Assembly: GCA_963845755.1 (NCBI GenBank)
Contig: CAWJTV010000042.1
Location: 32,001 to 96,000 of the forward strand
Direction: 5' to 3'
Source of the DNA: an uncultured Planctomycetota bacterium
GTDB taxonomy: Bacteria; Planctomycetota; Planctomycetia; Isosphaerales; Isosphaeraceae
Length of the DNA: 64,000 nucleotides
Shown: positions 1 through 10,577 of the stretch, piece by piece
How positions within the stretch are numbered: the first letter of the stretch is position 1
Layout of the letters: every line of letters begins with the position of its first letter
Position numbers and translations under genes: made by a program
The notes under the pieces: generated by a model
Seen by the model: the letters and a program-made list of their open reading frames with translations, nothing else
Databases searched by the model: none
What the model was told of the DNA's origin: nothing

Positions 1-3000
1 AGGGGATCCAATGACATGCAGCGCCCCGATATGGGATCGTAATACCGCGCCCTGTCGTAGTACTGTCCCATCGTCGCATCGTACTCCATACTCGCGAACT
101 TGAATCGGTCGCCGTTGGCCGCGTTGGTCTCGGTGACAATGTTGCCGAAACTGTCATAGACGATGTGGTCGAGCTCGGTGCCCGAGGTGCTAACGATGTC
201 GCGCACCGAGCCCAGCTTGTCGGTCAGGTACCAGGCCGTCGCTCCACCCGAACTTGTCCGCGCCAGCAACTCATCGACCGCCGCGCCGTTAACCACTCCC
301 AGGCCGGAGACATACCGCACCAGCAGCGTGCCGGAGCCGTTGAAATCGGCGTAGGGATTGGTACCGTCGTAGACGGTCCAGGTCTGGGTGCCGCTGTCGT
401 CGATACCGATGCGGTTGTTGAGCGCATCATAGGTGTATGTGGCAATCACTGTACCACCTTGGGTCACCTCCGTCAATCGGTTTCGGTAATCGTACGTATA
501 GGTCGTGATCACATGGATTGACGTGTTGGTCTCGGCGGTCAGGTTGCCGGACTTGTCATACGTATAGGTATATCCCGGCGAGGCGGTCTGCTCGTTGTCG
601 GTGCCGGTGGAGTAGGCGGTGCCGGTGCGGTTGCCGTTGGAGTCGTAGGTGTAGGATTCGGTGCGCGAGCCGGTTACTCCCGTCAATTCGTTGGCGTTGT
701 CGTAGGTGAAGCTGGCCGTGCCTTCGGCGTCTGTCTCGGCGGTCACCCGGTTGGCCTGGTCGTAGGAGTAGACGTAGGTTGCAATCGGGGTCGTCGTGCC
801 GCCGCTCCCACTCGGCGTATAAGCCTGGTCCGTGATTGTCGTCTGGCGGTTGGCGGCATCGTAACTATAGTTGGTGTTGACCTGGGTGCCACTGCTGCCG
901 ATTGTTCGCGACTCCGACGTGATCCGGCCGCCGGAGTCGTAGCTGATCGCCACGTTTGGCCCGGCACTGCCGCCATAAGTCACCGTGATGCCCGTCACCT
1001 CGTCATCGGCGTTGTAGGTGAAGGTGGCGACTTCCGCACTCGACAGGTTGTCGCTCAGAGTAATACGATTGTGCTGCGAGTCGTAGCTCGAGGTGAGGGT
1101 CACGCTGGGCTGGTGGGTGCCGGGGCCGGAGGTCGCCGCCGTGATCTGGTTGCCGCCCGAGTCGTAAGTGAAGGTCAGCGTGGCGTAATTGTCGGACGCG
1201 CCGGTCAGCTCCTGGTCCGCGTCGTACGTGTACGTGATCACATCAAGCTTGCCGCCGGAGGAGGTCAGCCAGGTCTCGCCGGTCTGGTCGCCGCCCGAGT
1301 CGTAGGAGTAGGTCGTCCGCCGGCCGTCCTGGTCGGTCGTGTCGGTCACCTCGCCGTCGGCGTCGTAGACGTAAGTCACAGTGCTGCCATTGGGATCCGT
1401 CACGGTCGTGACGCGGTCGTCGGCGTCGTAGGCCCACTGGGTCTTGTTGCCATCGGGGTCGGTCAGGCTAGTCTCGCGGCCCGCGGCGTCGTAGGTGATC
1501 GTGGTGATTCCCCCCACGGCGCTGATCATCGTCGTGACGCGATTGAGGGCGTCGTAGAGGGTCGTCGTGGTATGCCCGAGGCCGTCGGTCACGGTGATCT
1601 GGTTGCCGCCGGAATCGTAGCCCAGGACCGTGGTGTGGCCCAGGGGGTCCGTGATCGTGGTCAATTCGTTAATCGAATCATATGAATATGATGTCGCGTT
1701 CCCATTCGGGTCCTCGACGGCGATCTGGTTGCCCACACCATCCAGAGTATATGTTGTGAGGTTATTGAGGCCGTCCTCGGTCGCGATCAGTTGGTCGTCA
1801 TGGTTGTAGTAGTAGCTGGTCAGGTCGCCGCCGCTGGGCGCCGGATCGGCCACGCCCGCCTCCTGGCCGGTCGGCGTCCAGGAGTAGGTGGTGGTCTTGG
1901 CCAGCGGGTCGGTCACGGGGCCGACGTTGCCGCGGTTGTCATACGCACTCGTCGTCACCCGGCCCAGCGGGTCCACGACCTGGGTGACGTTGCCGTCGGC
2001 ATCATAGGTCGTCGTCGTCAGGCCGCCCAGCGGGTCCTTCACGACGATCGCGCGATCGTCGGCGTCGTAGGTCGTGGTGGTGATCCGCCCCATCGGGTCC
2101 TTGACGGACGTCACGTTCCCATCCGCGTCATACGCGAGGACGGTCTTGTTCCCGAGCGGATCCGTCACGGTGGTCGCTCGATTCATCGAATCGTAGGCGT
2201 AGCTCGTCGTTCGCGCGGTCTGTAATGCCGGGGTCGGTTCCTCGTCCGCGATCAGGTTGCCGCCGGAATCGTAGACCAGCGTGGTGATGTCGCTCAGCGC
2301 GTCGGTCATGCCGGTTTCACGGTTGAGGGCGTCGTACGAGTAGGTCGTCGCGTTCCCCCGCTGGTCCGTCACCTTCGTCACGTTGCCCTGGTTGTTGTAC
2401 GCATACAGCGTGGTCGTCGTATCGGGATACGTGATCGTCGTGAGCCTGTCCAGGGTGTCGTACTGGTAGCTCGTCGTGTGATTGTTTGCGTCCTTGACCG
2501 TCTGCACCCGGCCGGTGCCGGTATAGGTCATGGTCGTCAAGTTGGTCAGCGGATCCTTGATGACCGTCAGGTTGCCGTTGCCGTCGTAGGTGTAGTGGTA
2601 GGTGTTGGTGTTCTCGTCCTGGTAGGTCAGGGGCTCGGCGTCGCTGTTCCAGGTGTACTGGACGTTGTTGCCGTCGGGGAGGACTTCCTCGGTGACGTTG
2701 CCGTGCCCATCGTAGCTGTACTGGCTGATGTTATTGAGCGGGTCGATGGCGACGGTGGCCAGGCCGTTGGAGTTGACGTCGTAGGTGGCGATGTTTCCCA
2801 GCCCGTTGACCGCGACGCCGGTGGTGCCCAGGCCGTACCAGTCGGGGCGGACGGTCGAGATGTTGCCGTTGGGGCTCGGTGTACGAGCCGACCGCGGCGG
2901 CGAAGAGGGTGGACGCCGCCGGGCTGCCCGACGTGCCGCTGTTGGTCCAGCCCTGTTCCTGGAAGGCGCTGAATTCCTCGGTGGCCAGGTCGGGCGACGT

Positions 3001-5213
3001 GATCGTACCGACTCGTCCGGCACTGTCGTACACGATCGAAACGACGCTGCGACAGCGCGGTCCTGGACCTCGGTGATCTGCCCGCCGGAGCTGTAGGTGT
3101 AGGTCGTCCGCGAGTCGTCGGCCTGCTCCACGGCCTTGAGGTTGCCGCCCGAGTAGGTGAACGTGGTCAGCCGCGTGGCCGGGTCCTCGATCGTCTGGAG
3201 CGCGCCACCGCTGGCCGCGTAGGTGAAGGTTGTATAGCCGCTGTAGGGATCCTCGACCGAGGTGAGCTGGTGGGAGGCATTGTACGAGTAGGTGGTATGC
3301 AGGCCGTTGCGATCGATCGAGGCGGTCTCATAGCCTCCGGAATTGAAGACGATCTGGGTGCCGTCGGTCAGGGTGCGGGTCCAGCCGCCGCCGGAGCCCG
3401 AGTTGGCCGTCAGGGTGGAGAAATCGCCGGCCGGGGTGGTGTAGGTGCTGCCCCCACCGCTGCCGCCGCCGCTGATCGAGGCGAACCAGAGGCTGCTGTC
3501 GGCCACGCCGAGGTTGAGGATCACCCCGCCGCTGGCCGACGTGATCTGCTCCAGGCCGCCCAGCGTCCAGCCGGCGCCGAGGGGGCTGCTCGACTCGTTG
3601 AGCACCGTGGCCGTGCCGCTGTAGGTCGTCGTGGTCAGGCCGGTGCCGTGGTCGACGATCTGGACCGAGTACGAATACCGGCCGGTCGACAGCGTGCCGG
3701 CATTGGCCTGGAGGGCGATCTGCTGGACGTCGCCGGGATTCAGCGAGCTCGTCGAGTAGTACCAGGTCGTGCCCGCCCCCGCTGTTGAACGTCAGGGTGG
3801 CGCTGACCTGCGACGGGACGGACCCGAGGCGCTCAGCGTGTTCTCGGCGACGATGATCGGGCTGGGATCGGCCGCCTGGGAATCGTAGGTCAAGGCGAGG
3901 GCGCCCACGTTGGGGTTGTAACTCGGCAAGGGGATGGCCGTATCGAGCGCACCGGAGATGGCGTTGACGCTCACGCCGTCGCTCTGCCACTGCTGCGCCG
4001 AGCAGGTTGACGGTATCTGGTGAGAGGGTCGTCGGGATGGCCGGGCCCCCGCCGCTGCCGCCCGAACCGCCGCCGCCGGTCCCGGCCGGGATCGCGAAGT
4101 CATAGGTGTAGGTCTCGGTATGGCTGTTGGTGTCGGTGACCGCGAGCGTGATCGCGTCGTTGTGCGCGGTGAGGATCAGGCTATTCCAGGTGAAGGACAG
4201 CTCGTAGGTGCTACCGCCCGAGATGGACGTGGCGTCGGAGGTGATCCCCGAGGTAGTCCAGGTGTACGACGAGACCGAGGTCCCCGAGACCTGGGCCTCC
4301 AGGACGACCGAGCGCACCGAGGTTCGCCTGCTGGAGCACGCCGGGGAAGAGCACGATCACCGTCATGGACATCAAGCACATACATCGGGAAGTACGGGAA
4401 GCTTCCCTGGGACGGCCCCGAGGGCGCCTGGGGGAGCGAGGGCGGAGTGAAGGGCAAGCCACCGCCGGAGCGGACGCTCGGGGGATTCGCCGGTAGCCGG
4501 CTGGGCGGCCGACGCGACGATGGAGTGACCCTCGGCTGAGGGAGCGGGCGCGGCGATCGGCGCGGCCGCGATGGGCTGCTGGCCGCTGGCGCCGGCGACC
4601 GCGGCCAGCAACGCCGCCGAGCCCGCCGCACCGGCGGCGCCACTGCCGCTGCCGCCATTCTGCGGGGCCGGCACGCGGAACGGGCTCACCTGACCCCGCA
4701 CCCCGGCGATCACGGCCGCCTGCGCCCCGTTGCCCGAGCCGCCCCGCGGCGGCAGCGCCGCGCCGCCGCCGTGCGCGACCGCCGGATGCCAGGGCGTGCT
4801 GATGCCGGATGGCGTCGAATCCGCGTTCGCGGCCGGCGACAGGTCCAGCCAATTGTCGGATTCGGAATTCCGGATTCCGGATTCCGGAAGGGACGCCGAG
4901 GCGACGGCGCCGGCCTCCGGACCGCCCGCGCCGGGACTGATCCCGGCCGGCTCGATCCCGATCGCGAGGAAGTCGCCGGTGCCGCCCTGGGGCTGCCCGA
5001 CGCTCGTCGCACCGGTCGGGGCCCCGGGGTCGATCCGCGTATTACCCCCCCATTGATTGCATTCATGCCGCCATTGGGATTGCCGATCGACAGGATGCCC
5101 AGCCCCGCCGCGGCGGCGCCGATGGGGGTCACCGTACTCCGGTTCTCGAGCTGGAGATGATCCACCTTGAGACTCAGGGCCCGACGCCTTCGCTCTCGGT
5201 CGTAGCGCGGCAT
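1..5213 (-). CDS. RHS/YD-repeat protein (polymorphic toxin-type), 5' part; runs off the left edge; several frameshifts
   Basis: The minus strand encodes many YD/YTYD repeats. Bases 1-60 read YDRARYYDPISGRCMSLDP, the RHS-associated core motif. The N-terminus MPRYDRERRRRALSLKVDHLQLENRST resembles the planctomycete extracellular leader. Pieces appear in ORFs 4710..5555, 4372..5388, 4176..4658, 3328..4317, 3792..4103 and 2731..3033. Confidence 0.88.
4857..4884. repeat. Heptamer tandem repeat (CGGATTC x4, one variant unit) inside the RHS N-terminal linker
   Basis: cggattc ggaattc cggattc cggattc read directly. Confidence 0.7.
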
Positions 5214-5616
5214 GGTGCGGCTCCTCGGGATCCCCTGGCCCGGCATTCCGCCACCCCCTCCCCGACCGGGAAAGGGAATGGATCGCGGCAAATCCGGCGC
5301 GCGAGATCCCCTGGCGGCGAGCCCGCTCCCTCCGGGGCGGACGCCGCGACAATCCACGGCGCGGATCTTCCACGCCGCAAGAGACCATGATCGTGAGTCA
5401 GCACGACAAGCGGGCCGAGTCGGTCGGGATCCGGATGGGTCAGGATCGGCGATCACCGCGACAATCGGGGCGATCGGAATGCAACCCCCATGCGGTCGAG
5501 ATCGGCTTGGTGATATTGGAATGTGGGTTGTATCTCCCGGCGCGACGGAATGCAAGGGGGTTGTTCCAGAAAGCGGAATTTTCGGCTCATGGGCCGGGGT
5601 TGGTGAACTCCGTCCC

Positions 5617-5689
5617 TACGAGCTCGACGCGCCAGCGAGTGGATTCCGGCAGGGAAGATCCATTCACTCACTGGCGCTTCGGGCTCGTA
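5617..5689. repeat. REP-like inverted repeat (28-bp arms, 4 mismatches)
   Basis: tacgagctcgacgcgccagcgagtggat (5617-5644) pairs with attcactcactggcgcttcgggctcgta (5662-5689). Confidence 0.8.
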
Positions 5690-5782
5690 TCAGATCGCGG
5701 CAGCGGCCACCCATATTGGCCCATGAGCCGAGTTTTCCCCAATCGATAGCAAAGCTACCCGGTATGGAGATTCTGCCCCGAA

Positions 5783-5899
5783 GATCCGGACATATGTCGT
5801 GCCGCTGGACAATATATGGTCCGGATCAGCCTTCCGAAACATGCTGTCCGACCGCGTTTTTTCGATGCCAAGGAGGCGGTCGGACATATGTCTGGAAGG
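5783..5899. repeat. Two adjacent imperfect hairpins sharing the 12-mer CGGACATATGTC
   Basis: Hairpin 1 is gatccggacatatgtc...gacaatatatggtccggatc (5783-5827). Hairpin 2 is ccttccgaaacatgctgtccgaccgc...gcggtcggacatatgtctggaagg (5830-5899). Confidence 0.65.
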
Positions 5900-5982
5900 T
5901 AAGGGCCTGGCCCACAGCGTAGCTGGGGCGGGGGAGCACCTCAGGGCAACGCGCGCGAGACCGAGAAGTCAAACCGACCTCA

Positions 5983-6102
5983 AGCCCTGGAGGGGCGGGA
6001 CACAGGCCCAGCGAGGTTTCGCCCCTTCCGGGCTCAGGTATCGACATCCGAACCGATCCCAGGGCGTTGCCTGGGCGGATTTGTGGCTGCCCCGTCTGGG
6101 CG
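5983..6102. repeat. Degenerate REP/REPIN-like palindromic element
   Basis: Arms agccctggaggggcg / cgccccttccgggct, followed by the hairpin cccagggcgttgcctgggc and gctgccccgtctgggcg. Confidence 0.65.
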
Positions 6103-6238
6103 ACAGACAAGAATGCCGGTATCGATGCTACGGTCTCACAACCTGTCGAGTCGGGACGAAGCGGAGACCGGTGGAATTCGGCGAGGTGTCTCACAAGTTG
6201 TCGCCAGGGTCCAGCCCGAGGGGAAGCCGGAATGGAGT

Positions 6239-7933
6239 TCAGCGCATCCAGACCCGGAAGGGGCCGAACCGGGCCGACGAGTGATAACCCAACTCGGGCA
6301 GCGTCTCCGGGATGCCGTCAAGCCGGGGGCTATCCGAGGAGATCACGACAACGCGGATCGGACCGGCTGTGAGCTGGGGCCGAAGCCATCGGGAGCGCGG
6401 CTCGGCCAGTTGAAGCGACTCGAAGGCCGGGTAGAGCCAATCGTCGAAGACCAGGTCGAAACGGCCGTGGATCCGATTGAGGCCCGGCCGATCCGCAAAG
6501 TAAATCGCCGACGAGGGATATCTCGCGTAGGCGAAGAACTGGGCCAGGTCGGCGCGCTCGGCGCGACGACGACTGGCGGCCTCCTTGACGTCCATCAAGG
6601 CGGAGCCCAGGACGGCGAGTACGGCCACCGACGTTGACAGCCTCAGCCGGAAGGTCGGCAACTCCTCGAGCGCCCGGTCGAGCGCCCGGGCCGTCAACAC
6701 CGCGACGAAGACGACGGCCTGAATCGCGTAGTTGATCCAGGCGCCGGTGCTGACCCGGGAGAGGACGACCACGACGGCCAGCTCGGCTGCGAGGTAGACC
6801 CAGAGGGCGAAATCGAGCTGCCGGTCCGCGCGCGATCGTCTGGCCATCGCCGCCCCGGCCGGCACCACCACGATCAACGCGGCCAGGACCATGACCACAA
6901 GGGACCCGGTGACCCAGGGGCCGGAATTGGCGACCTGCACCAGGGAGAGCGTGGCGATCGACACGACCGTGAGGAGACCCGCGGCCAGGGCCCAGCGGCC
7001 GGGCTCTGAGGGTGCCCGGATGACGGCCAGGACGGCGGTCGCCAGCAGTCCGACGATTCCGGCGGACTTGCCGACGACGGCCGCAAGCACCGTGCCCACA
7101 TGCAGCCAGTTTCCCGGATGGACCCGCCCGACTCCACCCGCCGCCAGGAACGCCGCATCCCCGATTCGGCCACCTGTTACGATCCATTCCAGACCGTATA
7201 CGACCGACGCAACCAGGGCGGCCGACGTCAGGCCCCGCACGATCACGTTGCTTCGGACCTGATCGCGTCGCCAGGCCATCAGCAAGAGGAGCGTGCTGAC
7301 GACCCCTGCTGCCACCAGATGCTGCTTCACACAGACCGCCAGCCCGAACGTCGTGTAAGCCCACACGAGGCGACGGCCCGCGGTGGCCGGCTTCTCCAAC
7401 GCCGCAAGCACCAGCACGACGCCCCAGCTTTGCAGCGCCAGGCCCAGCATGTCTGGCCGCACGGTGAACGGCTGACCGGCGAGCACCGGCGATGCGGCGA
7501 ACAGGAGCACGGCCCACCACCCTGCGCGGCGCGATCCCCCGTCCCGGCGCGCCAGCCGGTAGACCGCGGCCAGCGTCGCCAGTAATCCCAGCGCCGAGAG
7601 GAATCGGCCGGCCAAGTGCGCCGCCACGACCGGGTGCAGCCCGGCATGGGCCATCGGCCAGGCGGTCAGGGCTGCCACGCGGTAGTAGAGCGGGGCATGG
7701 ATCAGGACCAGGGGATTGCGACCGCCGAACGGACCATAGAGCTCGCCGGGGCCGGCGATCCACTGCTGCGCCACCGAGAGCATCAGCGGGGACTCGTAAA
7801 GATCGGTGTCCGCTTCACCCAGGCCGAGCAAGAGCCGGAAGCCGAGGAACACGACGGCCGACGCCGCCAGCACGATCGTGATCCAGGCCGACAACCCGGC
7901 TCCACGCCGCGACTTCGATCCCGGTTCGCTCAT
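6239..7933 (-). CDS. Polytopic membrane protein, GT39/ArnT(PMT)-like glycosyltransferase
   Basis: 564 aa with many hydrophobic TM segments. Motifs HAPLYY, RPDML and CVKQH are typical of GT-C fold ArnT-like proteins. Confidence 0.6.
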   Translation of the reverse strand: MSEPGSKSRRGAGLSAWITIVLAASAVVFLGFRLLLGLGEADTDLYESPLMLSVAQQWIAGPGELYGPFGGRNPLVLIHAPLYYRVAALTAWPMAHAGLHPVVAAHLAGRFLSALGLLATLAAVYRLARRDGGSRRAGWWAVLLFAASPVLAGQPFTVRPDMLGLALQSWGVVLVLAALEKPATAGRRLVWAYTTFGLAVCVKQHLVAAGVVSTLLLLMAWRRDQVRSNVIVRGLTSAALVASVVYGLEWIVTGGRIGDAAFLAAGGVGRVHPGNWLHVGTVLAAVVGKSAGIVGLLATAVLAVIRAPSEPGRWALAAGLLTVVSIATLSLVQVANSGPWVTGSLVVMVLAALIVVVPAGAAMARRSRADRQLDFALWVYLAAELAVVVVLSRVSTGAWINYAIQAVVFVAVLTARALDRALEELPTFRLRLSTSVAVLAVLGSALMDVKEAASRRRAERADLAQFFAYARYPSSAIYFADRPGLNRIHGRFDLVFDDWLYPAFESLQLAEPRSRWLRPQLTAGPIRVVVISSDSPRLDGIPETLPELGYHSSARFGPFRVWMR

Positions 7934-7939
7934 CGGAGT

Positions 7940-10222
7940 TCAGAATCTTTCTCCGTCCCGGCTGGAAACCGGATGAATCTCTCGAAGACGATACCGCAGG
8001 GTGATCCCGTGAACTTGAACGAAGCTCGCGCTTTCTCGGCCACACGATCCACCTCGATGATCCGCTCGAGCGGAGGCCGCATGCGCGAAGCCTTCGGTCA
8101 GGCGAGCGGTCAGATGGCGTTCCCGGTCGTTCCAGCCGAGATCGATGCCCATCCAGTCGCCTTTGCGGTACGCGAACGAGCTGCCGTCGTCCTCGTAGTG
8201 GAGGAAGCGTCCATCGGCGCCGGAGTAGAGGCGGAGGGTCAGCGGTGCCTGGGATTCCTCGCCCGTCCATTGTTTCACGGGTCCCATCGGCAAGATCGTC
8301 CCGGCCCGGACATACAACGGGAGTGTCGCCAGGTCCACGGGGCGAGTGACTTCCCGACCGCCTTCCACCGCTTCGCCCGTCCAGAAATCGTACCAGCGCC
8401 CCCGAGGGAGGTAGAGCGTCCGCGCCTTGGCACCTTTCTCGGTCACCGGTGCCACGAGGAGGTTCGGGCCCCAGAGGAACACGTCGCCCCGGGCGCGGCC
8501 CACCGGATCGTCGGGGTCGTGCAGCCAGAGCGCACGCATGATCGGCAGGCCGGTCTGGCAGCATTCGCGAACCACGCTGTACAGATACGGCATCAACTGA
8601 TAACGCAGCTCCAGGTACTTGCGGCAGATCGGCTCAATCGCCGCGTTGTGCAGTTCCTCCACGCCGGGGTTCCGGGCATAGCCGTAACCGCGGATCTCGT
8701 TCGGCCCGAGCTCGCCGGTATTCCAACCCCAGGGGAGCCGGAGCTTCCAGGTTCGGCCGTGCGAGCGAAAGAGCGGACAGAATGAACCGAACTGGAACCA
8801 GCGGACGTAAAGCTCGCCCGTCAAATCCTTGGTGGGTACGAAGCCCCCGATGTCAGTCCCCCAGTAGGGAATGCCGGTCAAGGAGGTGTTGACCGCGACC
8901 GGCACGTGGGTCTTCAGGGTCTCCCAGGACGAATCGACGTCGCCCGACCAGAGGAAGGCTCCGTAGCGCTGCATGCCCGCATAGCCGTTGCGGTGCAGGG
9001 CGTAGGGCCGCTGGTCCGGACGGCCGAGCTGGGGCCCTTCCCAGTACATCCGGATCCGAGCTAGTCGTGAGGCGGGGCCGAGCGGGTCGCCCTCGTCGGG
9101 CCACCAACCGTCCACTCCCAGGGCGAAGACCTTGCGGTGCAAATCCCAGTAGGCGGCGGCGTTCTCCTCGGCGGCCTGTCCCGGTCCCGACGGATCTCGC
9201 ACGCTGCCGCGCACCGACCTCGAGCGGATCACCACGTGAGGCACGACGTGGAAATGCATCGCGTGCAGCTCGTCGAGAATGGCCTTGGGCTCGTCGAAAA
9301 CCGCAGGGTTGAAGGTGAACGATCCATGCCCGGTATTCCACCCCGACGGGCAGAAACCGGTGCCGAGGTAGATGAGCGCATCGCAGGGGAGCTTCTTCTC
9401 TCGGAAGGTCCTGGCGATGGAGAGGACCTCCTCGCGACTGGCGAGCGTGCGATGTGACTGCTGGTACCCCAGCGCCCAGAGTGGCGGCATCTCGGGATGA
9501 CCCGTAAGCCGGGCATATTCCGCCATGACCTGCGACGGATCGCGCGCCGTGACGATGAAGAGGTCGATGGGCAAGGCCGATGATGGACCGGCCGGCGTGA
9601 ATGATCCCTCCGCTCCAGTCAGGTCGAACCTCCCGGCCGGGTGATGGACGAACATCGCCCAGCCGCTGGTGCCGATCAACCAGGGTACGGGTACTCGGCC
9701 GCCGTGAGTGCGAAGTCGGTATCCTCCTTGACCGCTCCGCATCCGATCGACCGAGCCTTTGCGATCGAATTGTTGACCGCCTTCGCCGAAGCCCAGGACC
9801 GGCCCGTCGCCCAGGTGGAAGGTGAAGGCGCCGGTCTCGCCGTCAACGCGAATCTGCTGGATCAGTCGTCCGTCGGGCGCCTCGACGCGGAACACGAGCG
9901 GCTCGGACGAGACCGTCAGCCGCCAGTCCCCCTCGAGCGTGACCGACTGGGGCTGGCCCGGTGCGGCCAGGCGCACGAGCGGCTCGCCCCAGTCCGGCCG
10001 AACCAGCGACCCGTCGTCCGCGATCGGCTGGGCCCGGCCTGCTTCGAGAGGGACCACGCTGATCCGCACGATCCGGTGGTCGATCGGCGTGACCGTGGCC
10101 TCGACCGCCCTCCCCGCGACCCGTAGCGCCGAGGCCTGGCCGGCCACCGCAAAACCGCCCGGGATCGCCAACGCGCCCGATGCGCCGAGCCCCTTCAGAA
10201 CTGTCCTGCGCGAGATGGACAT
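7940..10222 (-). CDS. Glycoside hydrolase family 31 (alpha-glucosidase/xylosidase-like) with Tat signal; C-terminal tail probably frameshifted
   Basis: Tat signal MSISRRTVLKGLG. GH31 motifs PPLWALGYQQS, GWWPDEGD (nucleophile region), WSGDV (acid/base), GTDIGGF, RWFQFGSFCPLFRSHG and YEDDG. Confidence 0.92.
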   Translation of the reverse strand: MSISRRTVLKGLGASGALAIPGGFAVAGQASALRVAGRAVEATVTPIDHRIVRISVVPLEAGRAQPIADDGSLVRPDWGEPLVRLAAPGQPQSVTLEGDWRLTVSSEPLVFRVEAPDGRLIQQIRVDGETGAFTFHLGDGPVLGFGEGGQQFDRKGSVDRMRSGQGGYRLRTHGGRVPVPWLIGTSGWAMFVHHPAGRFDLTGAEGSFTPAGPSSALPIDLFIVTARDPSQVMAEYARLTGHPEMPPLWALGYQQSHRTLASREEVLSIARTFREKKLPCDALIYLGTGFCPSGWNTGHGSFTFNPAVFDEPKAILDELHAMHFHVVPHVVIRSRSVRGSVRDPSGPGQAAEENAAAYWDLHRKVFALGVDGWWPDEGDPLGPASRLARIRMYWEGPQLGRPDQRPYALHRNGYAGMQRYGAFLWSGDVDSSWETLKTHVPVAVNTSLTGIPYWGTDIGGFVPTKDLTGELYVRWFQFGSFCPLFRSHGRTWKLRLPWGWNTGELGPNEIRGYGYARNPGVEELHNAAIEPICRKYLELRYQLMPYLYSVVRECCQTGLPIMRALWLHDPDDPVGRARGDVFLWGPNLLVAPVTEKGAKARTLYLPRGRWYDFWTGEAVEGGREVTRPVDLATLPLYVRAGTILPMGPVKQWTGEESQAPLTLRLYSGADGRFLHYEDDGSSFAYRKGDWMGIDLGWNDRERHLTARLTEGFAHAASARADHRGGSCGRESASFVQVHGITLRYRLREIHPVSSRDGERF

Positions 10223-10577
10223 GGGTCTTCTCCCCCGCGATATACCGCCGATTCGGGCGCCGACCGAGGTCAGGATAGGACCGCGGCTCACCCGGACCAG
10301 AAAAGAAACATGGATTGCCGGAGCATCCGAGTGCGGCGTAAAAGCCGTTCACGAATGTATTTTATAATAAATACTAAATATCGATAAAATTTATTCACTG
10401 TGTTGACACTGATGATTCGAAAGCCCTGTTGATCCACCTGTTCTACACTTGCTATCAGGTGCACGGACTCCGAACGCTCGAGGCTCGGCTTGAGCACGCG
10501 CCGCACGAGCGCCGCGGCCTGTGCTACTCAGGTGCGAGGCGTTTCAGGACCACGGACGTCAGGGCGTAATCTGGGGC

